DNA of 64,000 nucleotides from Azolla caroliniana (lineage: Eukaryota; Plantae; Polypodiophyta), in NCBI GenBank assembly GCA_043228905.1, contig JBHGNT010000009.1:4712001-4776000 (forward strand), read 5' to 3'. The notes beneath the pieces were generated by a model. It had not been told where the DNA came from, made no database searches, and saw nothing but the letters and a program-made list of their open reading frames with translations. The position numbers and the translations under genes are program-made. This document shows, piece after piece, positions 25,433 to 38,419 of the stretch. Position 1 is the first letter of the stretch. Every line of letters begins with the position of its first letter.

Positions 25433-28400
25433 GTCCGGCCAAAATCGAAGCCATTTGGTTGGACAGCCCTAGGCATGTAACGTCCGTCCCTAGTTGTGGT
25501 TCCATTTCATCCGGTCAAGTTAGTCGAGTTTTCTCTACACAAGTTGAGCTTAACACATCTAGGTGCAATCGAGTCCCAACTTCTGCCCTCTTAAACTCTG
25601 GATCCAACTCTTGCTTCATGGATCGTGAGTTTGCTGTAATGCATAATATTCAGTTGCATAAGCTCCCAAGACCAGTATCAGTCGGAGTCATTGATGGACA
25701 CCCCATAGCATCAGGTGATATACTTGAAGAGTCTGAACCAATTCATGTAGTCCTAGGCAATTTGGCTAGTGCCATCTCATTCAACATCATTGGTAGTCCA
25801 GAGCACTCCCTAGTTCTTGGTCTTCCATGGTTTGAGCTACATAACCCAACTATTGATTGGAGAAAAAGAACCATTGAAGAAGTCACAATACAGTCTGAGC
25901 CTCTTAAAACTCCAACAAAGGATATGACATTCCAAAAGATTTCGACAATCTCTATACATCAATTACGTGAGGAAGGACGGAAGGAAGACATGTTGGTGTT
26001 CGCAGTTTTAGCAACTCCCACATCGAGCTCACAAGAATCGGGGGTCCAACTACCGAAGAAATATATAGAATTCTCCGATGTTTTTGATAAGGTGAAGGCC
26101 AATAGACTACCAGAGCATCGACCATATGATTGCCCGATTGATTTGCAGCCCGGAAAAGAGCCTCCATGGGGGCCAATTTATAACCTTTCACCCACGGAGT
26201 TAGAGGTTCTTCAAGAATATATCGATGAGAACTTGGCGAATGGGTTTATCCAGCATTCAAGATCTCTTGTCGGCGCACCCATATTTTTCGTTAAGAAGAA
26301 AGATGGTTCGCTTCGTCTGGTCATGGATTATCGAGGATTGAATAAAGTAACTATTCGAAACCGATATACTCTACCATTGATTTCGAGCCTTCTGGAACGC
26401 CTTAATGGAGGTAAGTATTTTACAAAGTTAGATCTTCGAGGTGCTTACAATCTTGTTCGAATTCGTCCTTGGGATGAATGGAAGACTGCTTTTCGTACTC
26501 ACTATGGCCATTTTGAGTATACAATGATGCCATTTGGTCTCACGAATGCACCAACAGTTTTCCAACATATGGCGAATGACATTTTTCGAGATTTCCTCGA
26601 TATTTTCGTCATAATTTACCTAGATGTTATCTTGATCTACTCAAAAACTCAAGAGGATCATGATATACATGTTCGACAAGCTTTGCAACGGTTGCGTGAA
26701 TATGGTCTCTATGCAAAATTGGAGAAGTGCAGCTTTGACCAGCGTCAAGTGGAATTTTTGGGGTACATAGTCTCTTCACATGGCATCTCTATGGATCCAG
26801 CAAAGGTTCAAACAGTTTTGGATTGGCAAACACCACAGTTTGTGCGAGATGTACAATGTTTTTTAGGGTTCGCAAACTTTTATCGCAAGTTCATCAAAGA
26901 TTATTCAAAGATCGTATTGCCCCTCACTCAACTGACACAGAAGAATCAACCATTTGTGTGGAGTATAAATGCAAACTTTGCATTTGAAGGATTAAAGCAA
27001 GCATTTACATCCGCACCAATTTTGATGCATGTTGATCCATTGAAGCGCTTTATACTGGAAGCTGATGCATCTGACTTCGCACTAGGAAGCGTATTATCCT
27101 AGATTAGCAATGATGGCCAAATGCACCCTGTGGCTTTTCATTCACGGAAATTCGAAGCTGCAGAAATCAACTATGAGATTCACAACAAAGAGCTTCTTGC
27201 CATTGTGGATTCTTTTCAACAATGACGTCATTTTTTGGAGGGTTCGTCTCAACAAATCATTGTCTATAATGATCACAAAAATCTAACGTACTTCCAAAGT
27301 GCTCGAGTCTTGAGTCGTCGACAAGCTCGTTGGGCGCAATTTTTAACTCGTTTTGATTTCGTAATTCTATATCACCTGGGACACAACAAGGCAAAGCAGA
27401 TGCTTTATCTCGGCGTTCATATATGGAACTTCAACCAGGAGAGGCCGCATTTGAAAGTCAGAAGCAAATCCTCTTGGGTCCTAACCATCTACGACTAATG
27501 GCTTTTCATGCTATAGACACACCCGAGGATTTAAGTCTTCTAGACTCCATTTGGGAGCATATTGAGACTGATGAATTCGCCCAAGATATTCTGAACCATA
27601 TTATCCCAGATCGTGCTTCTTGTTCACAATCTCAAAATCCTCGTCAAGACTACAACCAGTTCAATTGGCATGATGGTTTACTTTTTCGACAAAATCTCTT
27701 ATATGTGCCTGATGGTCCTTCTCGACTCCAAGTCTTGCAACAATGTCATGATACACCAATGGCTGGACATTTTGGCATCCACAAGACTTTGGCATTAATT
27801 TCTCGAAGGTATTGGTGGCCACGACTTCGCCATTTTGTTACGGATTATGTTCGTAGTTGTGATACATGTTGCCGATCCAAAAAACCTCGACATCATCCAT
27901 ATGGCTTATTACAACCAATGCCTATTCCTGAGAGTCCATGGAAATCTATTTCATTGAACTTCATTATGGATCTACCACCTTCCAAGGGTTTTGATTCTAT
28001 TCTCACGGTAGTAGATCGTTTTACCAAGATGGCACATTTTCTTCCCTGCACAAAGGCCATTACAAGCCAAGAGATAGCCGAGTTACTCATGCAAGAGGTG
28101 TTTCGGCATCATGGTCTTCCTAATGATATTATCAGCGATCAGGGTCCCCAGTTCATCTCAAAATTTTGGCGGCACATGTTCAAACTCTTACATACTTCTT
28201 GCAAACTCTCTTCCGGCTACCATCTAGAAACTAACGGACAAAGTGAGCACACCAACCAAACAATAGAACAATATCTTCGTTGTTTTGTCAACTATCAACA
28301 AGATGATTGGGTTGATCTATTACATTTGGCGGAATTTGCTTACAACAACTCAGAAAATTCTTCTACTGGATATTTTCCCCATTTTTTGCAAACATTGGGT

Positions 28401-29040
28401 ACCATCCTCATTGGACTATGCTTGAACATCCCGAACTCCCGACAAACCCGGTTGTTGAAGATCGGCTCACCCGACTCCAAGAAGTTCAAGATATCCTTTT
28501 GCACCATTTATGTGATGCTCAAAACACTCAAAAGAAGGTTGCCGACCATCATCGACGTGATTCATCGACTATGTTTCAAGTGGGGGATTGAGTATGGCTT
28601 TTACAAGGTCACAATAAAACAACCCGACCTTGCTGCAAATTGGATTATCAACGTTTTGGCCCATATGTGATATCTGGTAAGATCAATGATGTGGCATTTC
28701 GCCTTGATCATCCCCCTCATATGCATCTTCACCCGGTCTTCCATGTTTCACTTTTGGAGCCGTACACAACCAGCTCTATTCCAAGCCGTCTTACATCTCC
28801 CCCACCTCCAATCGAAGTTTCAGATGGCTCCGAATATGAAGTTGCTACCATTCTCGACTCCAAGATCATTCGCAACAAACTGTATTATTTGGTTGACTGG
28901 TTAGGTTATACACCTAATGATTGAACATGGGAACCTCTTGAGAATCTTGCTAATGCCTTCGAAATGGTTGCTGCATTTCACAACAAATATCCTCATAAGC
29001 CAAGTCCGAAATCTTGTCTTCTGACTCATGGAACTCGTCG
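25423..29040 (+). pseudogene. Gypsy pol (PR-RT-RNaseH-INT-chromodomain), disrupted
   Basis: ALLNSGS (PR, D replaced by N), [24 protein letters not shown] (mutated YLDD), ADASD, HHCC integrase, EYEVATILDSK...YLVDWLGY chromodomain; stops at about 27100, 27223 and 28922 plus frameshifts. Confidence 0.92.
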
Positions 29041-29057
29041 TCGGAAAGGGGGGATAA

Positions 29058-29433
29058 TGTCATGACGACATACATTTTGGCCTTACAAGGATTCGAGCCC
29101 AAGACGTCTTGGTCTATATGTTAGACCTTTAACCATTATACTAACATATATGATGTATAGTTATAATAAATGTATTATTAGTTATTACAAGACATTTAGA
29201 GTATTCTAGAACAATCTAGAGTATTCTAGAACATTCTAGGATATTCCATGATTATATTAAATATCATAAATATCTAAAATATTCTAGAACATTCTAGAAT
29301 ACTCCATAAGGACCTATAAATAGGTGTCTATTCATTCATCACAACTCATTCGGTTCAACACCAGTTTGTAGCCCCTTAGCTCTTTGTAATCCTTGCTCTC
29401 TTATAATATAAACTCTCTTTCCATTTCTAGTGT

Positions 29434-29474
<41 letters not shown>

Positions 29475-29523
29475 CTTCTACTGCCATCTTATTTTTCTCT
29501 CTCCTCATTCTCAAGTCACGACA
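29058..29523 (+). repeat. Gypsy 3' LTR
   Basis: Preceded by a polypurine tract at 29043-29054. Confidence 0.95.
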
Positions 29524-31463
29524 GCGTGTGCTACCTTGAGTATTTGCTGATTTTTTCTTTTGGCGACTCCATTTTGTTGGGGGGTGTGTCAGCATGAGAA
29601 TTCTCTCCGAATGCCTCCACTTTGGAGGTAGGAGGTGAATTTGTCAGAGAAGTACTCCTTGCCTCCATCCGATCATAGGCATCGATTGTGCTGACCGATT
29701 TCTTTTTCGACTTTCCCCTTGAGCTTTTGGAAGTGGGAGAGCACTTCACTTTTCTTCTTCATCGGGTAGATCCACGTGTAGTGGGAGTAGTCGTCGATGA
29801 AGGTTACGTAGTATTGGCATCCACCGATCGTCGGCATTTGAGCCGGTCCCCATACATCCGAGTGTATGATGTCGAGGAGGTCTTTTCTTGCGTGGCTCTC
29901 CTTTGGGAATGGGAGTCGATGTTGTTTGCCGAATTGACAAGCTTCACATACTCGGTCGACTTGTTTCGACTCAAATGTCGGAAGTCCGATGACGACTTCC
30001 TTGGTTTGCATCGCTCGATGTCGTTGGAGGTTTATGTGACCGATTCTCTTGTGCCACAACTCGATGCTTGTCTCGGTTTTGAGACCTTTGGCGTACATTG
30101 CCGATTTCACCTTGTTCAAATCAAGGATGAACATTCGGTCGTCTCTCCATCCCTTAACTATGAATTGGCCATCTTTCTCAATGAAACAACCTTCGTTGTT
30201 GAAGCGGACTTGCATGCCTTGCTCCACGATTTGGCCGACCGAGACCAAATTCTTCGTTATTTGGGGCACGTGCAAGACATTCTTGATGCAAGTTTGCTCG
30301 CCTTCTTTCCCGAATGGGACATTGCCGATGTGTCGAATGGGGTGCGTGGTGTCGTCTCCCGTCTCTATGAAACCGGATCGATCCGGCGTTCGTAAATCAT
30401 GAAACCACTCTTTGTGAGATGTCATGTGATGTGAGGCACCGGAATTGATGAACCACACATCTTTCGAATTGGAGGTGCTTGCGGAGTTGGAGGCCGTCAT
30501 AGAGTTCGCTCTATGCCTCATTACGAACATTTCGCCATGGTCGTCGTAGTCGAAATTTGATATGTGATTCGTGAACATTCTGCTACGATTGTTGTAGTCG
30601 GAGTTCGATGCGTACTTTGTGAGTTGTCGACTTGTTGAAGCCGACTCACTTCTCTTTTTCCGACATTCCGCCTTGTCGTGGCCGACTTTGCCGCAATAAT
30701 TGCAAGTTGCGGGCCTCGTTTGCTGACCTTGTTCGGCGTGGAAGCTCCCCCTTCTTCCAAAGGTTCCTCGATGGCTTCCGTGAAGGTTTGAGTTCCCTTT
30801 GTGTGATGGGCCGAATTGGACTCTTCTACCGCCTCGACTTCGTCCTCGGCCACCATCCGAATTTGAGAAGAACATTTGTCCTTCTAATGTCTTGGTTTTG
30901 GTTTGGACGTGGTTCACTTCAACCATTAGCATTGATTGAAGGTCGAAGAACGAAGGAAGATTTTCCCTCGCTAAGATTGCCGTCCTTAACGAGTCGAATC
31001 GTTGTGCAAGGCTGCCCAAGCATACTTGAACCATCTCGTCTTCGTCGACGTTTATTTTGATGGAGCCAAGCGAGTCGCAAATGCTCTTGATCTTGGTAGT
31101 GTAGTCCGACACAGACATATCTTCTTGCCGAATGTTATTCAACTCTTGTTGGAGTTGAAGCTTTCAGGTGGTTGTGTTGGCGGCGAACATTTTCTTTAAG
31201 TTTGCCCACACTTCTTTAGGCGTCTTGGCGTCTCGAATATGGATAAGCATGTGGTCGTGGACACATGTTGCCAAGCAATACATGACTTGACTAGCCGCTT
31301 GCTCCCATGTTGCGTAGTCGGCGTTCTTTGAGTCGGGTCGATTTTCTTGAGCGCCATTGATGTAGCTCCAATACCCTTGGCCAACGAGGTATTGGGTCAT
31401 CTTGTACTCCCAAGATGAATAATTGCTCCGATCTAGCTTTTCACTAGGGAGCGAACTACCCAT
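29524..31463 (-). pseudogene. Copia gag-protease-integrase (5' part), with stops and frameshifts
   Basis: EKLDRSNYSSW, CNYCGKVGHDKAEC knuckle, WFINSGASHHMT (protease D replaced by N), LWHKRIGH, CEACQFGKQ, IHSDVWGP, FIDDYS. Confidence 0.9.
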
Positions 31464-31643
31464 TTGTGTGTGCATGTTGATTGTGTCTTCTCTTCTTTTG
31501 CTTTTCTTCCTTCGATCACGTACACGTGCTATGTAGCGGCACTACGGTAGCCGATAGCCGGATTTTGTCGTCGGCGTCTCGAACACACAATCACGGAGTC
31601 GGGTGGGCTTAGTGGATTTTCTAAACCACACGCTCTGATACCA

Positions 31644-32086
31644 TGTTAAGAATTAGGTAAGTAATTAAGCAAGGGTTAATTAGTACCTAATTATGTGATT
31701 AGTTGATAAGCAGAAGATTAAGTGATATGTGTGTATGTGTGTGAGAGGAAGAGAGAGAGAGAGAGATACACTTATGAACAACACAATATGGGGAATGAGT
31801 AACTATATTAAATTAGCTTTATCATCATCAAAAACAAAAATACCCACAATGAGGTATATATAAATCTCATGTGCAAAGGTGCACATGTGTGAGTGGAATA
31901 TAGGTACTAAGGTGTAAGTCCTATATTAAATGTACTTAGGAGTGGAGGATCTAGAATATCCCACTTAAGTACAAGGTCCTATTTAAGGCGTTATAGTCAA
32001 TACTTCTAACTAGATTCTATCTAGGTAATTATAAAGTTACATGGTTGACTAAGTAACTAAACTAAGTTAAGCTTGATATTTCAACA
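31644..32086 (-). repeat. Copia 5' LTR
   Basis: Directly followed on the minus strand by PBS TGGTATCAGAGCG (31643-31631). Confidence 0.95.
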
Positions 32087-32396
32087 CTTACATTTGGTTC
32101 TTATTCAGGCAAGGAGCAAAGCGTTTGATAAAATGTGAAACCCTTGCTAGAGTAGGCATATGAAACACATTTACTGATCCCACGGAACATTACCGACTTG
32201 CACTATTTCCTTTAAAGATTCCTTACACTTTTTCATGCATAAAATCCCATATAAATAAGAGGTAAAGATTACTTTTTGTACAACAAAAAAGGTATATATG
32301 CAAAGATATCATAACAATCAATGTTGAAAAAGTACAAACATAACTTCATTTTATCAGTATTGTGTATTTTGAAAGAGTAGAATGTAGCTAAATCAT

Positions 32397-32600
32397 AAAG
32401 TTTATCTAACGAAATCAACAACCTACAGTAGTAGTAACAAAAGATAGGAAACACAAATGCTTTCCCTAAAGCTTATCTCGTGAAGTTAGAAACCTAAAGT
32501 AGCAATAACAATAGGATAGGAAACACAAAGGCTTTCCCTCAAGCTTATCTAATGAAATCAACAACCTACAATAGTGGTGACGCGTAGGATAAGTAAAACA
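32397..32600. repeat. About 3 degenerate tandem copies of a unit of about 70 bp
   Basis: AAG(T/C)TTATCT...AACCTA.A.TAG...GATAGGAAACACAAA.GCTTTCCCT repeated. Confidence 0.7.
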
Positions 32601-33716
32601 CCAAAATCCCTTTGTATGTTGCAAGCCACAAATTATTGGTGAAAATAAGGCATAATATTTGTGACAGTTGTAGTGTGCACATAGATGTGATGGAAACCAA
32701 GACTCTACATTCACCATCGAATTTTGGTATGAGGTGTCAGTCAAGAATAAACTCTTATGGGGTTGGATTTAATTGGCATTTTCCAAAGTAGACGCTTAGA
32801 TCCACTCAGAATTCCTCATATGCGCTAGTCAATGACTCAATACCCTAGAGCTAGGGCCCAGTTTAACATTTCTAATGAAATGCGGGAAAGTGAATAAGAA
32901 GTTCAAAGGGGATTGCCCCCGATCATGACAAAGTAGGACGAATGTGCTACATGGCATGGTATCTATCCGTTCTTCCATAATGAAAATGAAATGGCGAAAT
33001 CGCAGGAAATGAAGAAACCCGAAACCACAATCAAATACCCATAGGGGGAATGAAAACATGACGACGACGAGTTGCATGCATCCATCCGATCATCGAATGC
33101 AAGGCTTCATTCATAACTCGTTGGATGGTCGATATGAAAGTGAAGTCTTGGTGGGTGGATGGCTCAACCACAAGAGTGATTGGTTTCAGTTCGTACGCAG
33201 GTCAGGGAGAAGTTGAGGTCAACAGAGGGTCTAGGTTTTGGGTGGGGAACATGCGGGGGTAGGTGTGTTTGATGTGTGCAAGCTCCTCTGGCCGCCTGAC
33301 CCTGTACTCTACAAGAGCCCACGGGAGGAGGAGCCTCTTCCGTAGCCCTCACAATGGACCACCGCACAAAAAACAGACGTGACAGAGCCGAAACCCAGGA
33401 GGATCTCTCTTTGGGGCTGATTTCGGTCGGTCGGTCAGGAGCCGGAGTTTTGGGCTCAATTTGGAGAGCCAAGAGTTTATTGGGCTGATTTTGTTGTGAG
33501 CATCCCCCCCCCATCTATCATCACATTTTGACTATGTATGTATATAAAAACCTAATAATAATAATATATGTATGTATGTATGTATGTATGTATAGCCATG
33601 GCCTTGATATGCTCTGTTGCTCCCCCTTCAGACATGGCAGAGTGAAATGCGCCCCCCCCGCCATTACTACACATACTCCCCTTCCACACTCACCCACTTG
33701 AACGACGGGAATAGCC

Positions 33717-36700
33717 ATGCCTTCTTCCATCCCCACAGATGAAGCCCTTTCAACCCCGATTTCCTCCGTCCTGTTTATCGTATGTAAGTGTTCTTATCTG
33801 TACGAGTGAGAGATAGATTGATAGATAGAGAGAGAGAGAGGTTTGAGAAGGCCTATACTTTGTTGGATGTGTATGTGCGTGGTTGAGATATATATACATA
33901 TGTTTTTGAACCTGAAAGATCTGTATGTTGGATGTGTGTGTGTGTGTGTGTGTGGTTTTGTGAGTTCGAGAGGGAAAGTGTAAGGCCTATATGTAGTTGG
34001 ATATGTGTGTGGTGGAGTTATACAGACTGTGTGTGAGAGAGATTGCGAGGTTTCATCAAAAACCTCAGTATTGATTTTTTTTTTTTTTTTTGAGAGAAAG
34101 TATGTGAGACGTTTCAATGAAAAGACATAGTTGACATAGTTAATATATGTATGTGTGTGTGTGCGCGTGCGCGCGTGCGTGTTAGAGAGAGTGAGTTATG
34201 TTAATTGCTTTAAGAAGCTGAGATTGGCCTATGAGACAATTGATCAGAAGTATAGGAACTAGTGTTCTCCAGATATTGAATTAAGGGCAAAATAATGCTG
34301 AAAATTTAATGTGTGATGACGATCATATGTGCTATCAAAGGATGATGTCAATGATGATGTACGTAGTTTATCATAATGATGGTGATACATGCAGTTGTTG
34401 ATGACAATCATAAGGATGAAGCGAGGTGCGATCCTATATGCTACATGACTTACAAATATCATATATGAAACTATACAGCTACCTCAATCACAAATTATAG
34501 TAGGATACACAATGGCATGCTCAATGGAGTAGTAGATCTAAGCTCAAACAATCCTTATTATAGAGTTGATGGATCACTATGGATGACACAAGTTGTCCTC
34601 TGTTGGATATGTGTCAGAAGGCAGGTCCAGATCTTGGTAACCTGGTACTATGTAGGTTGAATGATAGATCCATTAGGCCTATGCCACCAAAGGTACTGAG
34701 AAAAAGGCTACATAGGTTTTGATAATGTTGACAGGACCCATCAGTGATTGTCCATTTGTTTATCCTACTAGTATTTGCATAATACAGTACTTTCCATGTT
34801 TATAGATCAAGAATTTCTGACATTTTTTTAACCAAAACAAAGAGATCAGAACATTTTTTTGCAGCAATGCAGGCAGAAGCACTTCCATTTGTAGAATCTT
34901 TGAAGCTCCAACAAGATGATAGCTCCTTGTAAGTTTTGGATTGTCCAATGATACATCACCTCAAAAATATAGGCTGCTCCCATTTATGATATTTAAATTT
35001 GCACATTCGATTGTTTGGATATATAAATGTTGCCTTCCTACCATGGCTAATGTTTGGAGAAGAGACATCTCCCCTTGCAAGGATTCTTATCCCATGTAAT
35101 GATGGGTCAATTGTTCTCTCTATCTCCAGGACTTTTTTGATTTTTTACTAGACGAAGAGTAGACGAGTATCTATTTTGTATAACTTTCTTTTGTTTTTTT
35201 TGTGTTTTCTTGAATATGTTTTCAGGTTTCCTTCTGGTTTGCCATGGATAAGATACCATGGGAGTCATGAAGGTTTAGATATAAACATTGTTGTGCCAGG
35301 GAAATGCTTGGTTTTTGGTGAGTGAAAAATATGCATTACAGTTTTGAGTATTAAGTTATAAATTCTTGCATTCGTTACTAATGGTCTTTCATTTAGGTGT
35401 TGATAATGTGGGTACTGTTCCATCCGCGCTTATCACTTTTGCTGCTGTACAAGCACTGAAACCTGATTTAATCATCAATATGGGCACTGCTGGTGGCTTT
35501 AAGGTTGGACAATTTTGATCCATTATTTATTTATTATCTTTTCACATACCCGAATATATCTCATAGTCTAGTTAGGAATGAGTTTCATCCACATTGATTT
35601 AGAGTTAAATGTATTTTGATAATTTCTTCCGTGGAAGTTGAAACCACAATGCATTTTAATTCACTTAATCTCTTATACTCGTGTTTAGAAACATCTTTAT
35701 TGTTGAATTTCATATATATTACATCACATGTACTGTACGTTATAAACTTTCTCTATTACTTCTAGACCTATATCCATTTGGCATATGGTTCACATATGGA
35801 TAACTATGATCTAGCGGGGATCCTTTATTACTGAAGTGTGTTTCTCAATCACCTTGCTTAGCTTGACAATCTTGAAAGTTTTTTTTGGATATCGTAATGT
35901 AAAGATGCACGTTCCTGGCTTATTATCATATTATTGCAGATAAAACTAATATTCTGAATATCTGTTTTTTCCTCATGTTTGGATAGGCAAAGGGGGCAAG
36001 TGTTGGAGATGCTTTTATTGCTACAGAAGCAGCTAATCATGATAGACGAATACCAATACCGGTAAGATAAAATTTGTATCAAAACTTTTCCTAGGACTGA
36101 TAGTATGATACTGGATTCTCACGTGTAGAATGTCTATTGTATGCTTCAGATTTTTGATAAATATGGTATTGGAGCTAATCCCACCACACCAACCCCAAAT
36201 TTGGTGCAGAGTTTGCAGTTGAAGGTATAATTTGAATTGTTGAACTCTTCACTGAACTTTAATATATGTTACCTCAGAGAGGCATTCTTAATCTGAATAT
36301 TCCAGGAAGGCAAACTGTCAACCGGTAATTCTCTGGATATGACTCCCCAAGATGAAGAATTGATTAAAGCCAATGATGCTTCAGTCAAAGATATGGAGGT
36401 TTGTGCCATAAACACTAAATGCTGAATGCTAAATATTAATAACTTCATTATACTCAATACTGATTAGTAAACTAAACACTAAAGGCCAAATCTTAAATCC
36501 TAAGTTTTTAACACTATATCAGCAAATAAAAAATACTAAACTAAACATTAAAACCTAAACACTTAACCCTAAACTCTAAACACTACAGAGCATCAAGTCT
36601 TAACCCCAAACTCTTAAAACCTAACCCCAAACTCTATATCCTTAAATCTGACAACCCTGAACATATATATATATATATATATATGCATATGCAATCACGA

Positions 36701-36951
36701 CAAACCTTTTTGCGATGGTGGTTTCTACTAACGTCCAAATGGGTTATCTTCAGGGGGCATCAGTACTCTACGTAGCACGTCTTTTGGCTACACCAGTCAT
36801 ACTACTGAAGGTTGTCACAGACATTGTTGATGGAGATAGACCTACTTCAGAAGAGTTTCTAGCGAATTTGTCAACAGCATCTCTTGTGCTTCTTGAAACA
36901 GCTACACGGATGTTGAACTTCATCAGAGGCAAATCTATCAAGGACTTATAA
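33717..36951 (+). CDS. MTN: 5'-methylthioadenosine/S-adenosylhomocysteine nucleosidase. Exons 33717-33783, 34865-34928, 35226-35317, 35397-35503, 35987-36061, 36150-36224, 36306-36398, 36754-36951
   Basis: Spliced product reads PISSVLFIVSMQAEALP, GLPWIRYHG, GVDNVGTV, LKPDLIINMGTAGGFKAKGA, HDRRIPIP, LSTGNSLDM, VKDMEGA, KVVTDIVDGDRPTSEEFLANL, colinear with plant MTN1/MTN2; GT-AG introns. Confidence 0.93.
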
Positions 36952-38419
36952 AGAATCATAACATTGTGAAAGGTTATAAAAGACCTACGATGATCCTGAG
37001 TATGAAGAAATCAACAATAATCCAGTGAAGAACAATGATGTGTGTATTACATTCCATGATTATATGTTGTTGTAACTTGTTGAATTATGCACAATTGATT
37101 CCCTTAATAAAAATCTAACTAATTGCATTGACATTGGTGAAAAGAGGCCTATATTCTCGGGTGGACAATGACTCAGTATTGATACAAATTATTTATGAAG
37201 AATGTTGTGTAAGCTTTTTATTAAGACCTCAATTGAACAGAATCGTTCTCTTTTCTTTAAACCCACATCATCTTTTGATAGATTTCAGTTCAGGTAGAAA
37301 AGTAGGATGTCAAATGGAGACGGGTTGTGATAATTGACAATATAAATAATGGAAATAATGCATTTAGTTTAAATGCAAATAATGATCATATTGCAGCTTG
37401 ATGTAGTTATCATAATGGCAGTTATAATAGTAAAGTTAAACTTCTGCTAGTGAATTAAAACTTCGGAAAGCTAACCAATCATTTCATCAAATGTCGTGGG
37501 ACGTGGCTATGCAATTTGTCTTTAAAATTCCCAATCTATCAAGTTTATGGTGGTAGCTTGTGCTCAATAATTGCAAGTGTAATGAGATTCAAACCATCTT
37601 CATTGTCTGCCCTACTCATGAGTCATAGTGACACCACATTGGTAGTCCTTGAATGGTAATTGGTTAAATCTATGATTGAACCTAGAGAAAACATTGAGAA
37701 CCATTATGATATTCTGATTGAGTTCAATCCAATTGATGGATTTGCTTCGCATCATCTTGGTGGAATCGTCTTCATTGAACTCATTGAGCAATATGACATG
37801 TTCATATCTTGCCTAGGTGGTGTGATGTTCTTGGACAAATCTTCCCTCGTAGCCTATTCATGGCTACATAACAACCACCAACACAAACACTTAGATTAAG
37901 ACTCAAGTGAGATTAAGTTAAATACATACTTAAAGTTTACTCAGTGATTAAAGATTTCAAAGAGTCTTGATGTTAAGAACAAGCTTAAAAGATTGGTAAA
38001 AGTGCATTCTATAGCTTTTACAATGCTCTTCGACCTTTTTCCATTGTATCACAAGTCTCTCTATTCCTTTGTCTCTTTCCTTATCCATTTGTCCCTTTCA
38101 TCAATGCTATACTCGCTACTTCATTTCTGACAAATATCTAGGTGTATGAAAATGGTTAATACAAAGGGAGGAAATCAAGGCAACTTGTGTAAAGGTTATT
38201 TTGCTGAAATTGAACATTGGAGGAAAAAAATTACTGTTACAAGAAAGCATAGACTAAATGATAAGATTTAACCACTAACCACTTGTAGCGAAAGGGGTAA
38301 GGGATCAAAGCCTAGTAAAGGCAACCAAGGGAAAATATGAGCTACAATGCAGAAGTGACAATAAGGAAGCATGTAGTCATCTCAGGCAAGGATGAGGACA
38401 ATTCAATGTCGAAAAGTAT

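Larger units (their letters stand above)
23763..29523 (+). mobile_element. Ty3/gypsy chromovirus (Tcn1/Tf1-sushi-like), full length but mutated, nested in the Copia integrase
   Basis: LTRs 23763-24220 and 29058-29523 (TGTCA...GACA); TSD GCGTC/GCGTG (one mismatch); PPT GGAAAGGGGGGA; gag, PR, RT, RNaseH, INT and chromodomain in gypsy order. Confidence 0.95.
22343..32086 (-). mobile_element. Ty1/Copia LTR retrotransposon, degenerate, RT-RNaseH deleted, interrupted by a nested gypsy element
   Basis: Two 443-bp LTRs (TG...CA) at 22343-22785 and 31644-32086; 5-bp TSD CTTAC; PBS TGGTATCAGAGC (tRNA-iMet); PPT GAGGGGGCG; gag-zinc knuckle-protease-GAG-pre-integrase-integrase domain order. Confidence 0.95.
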
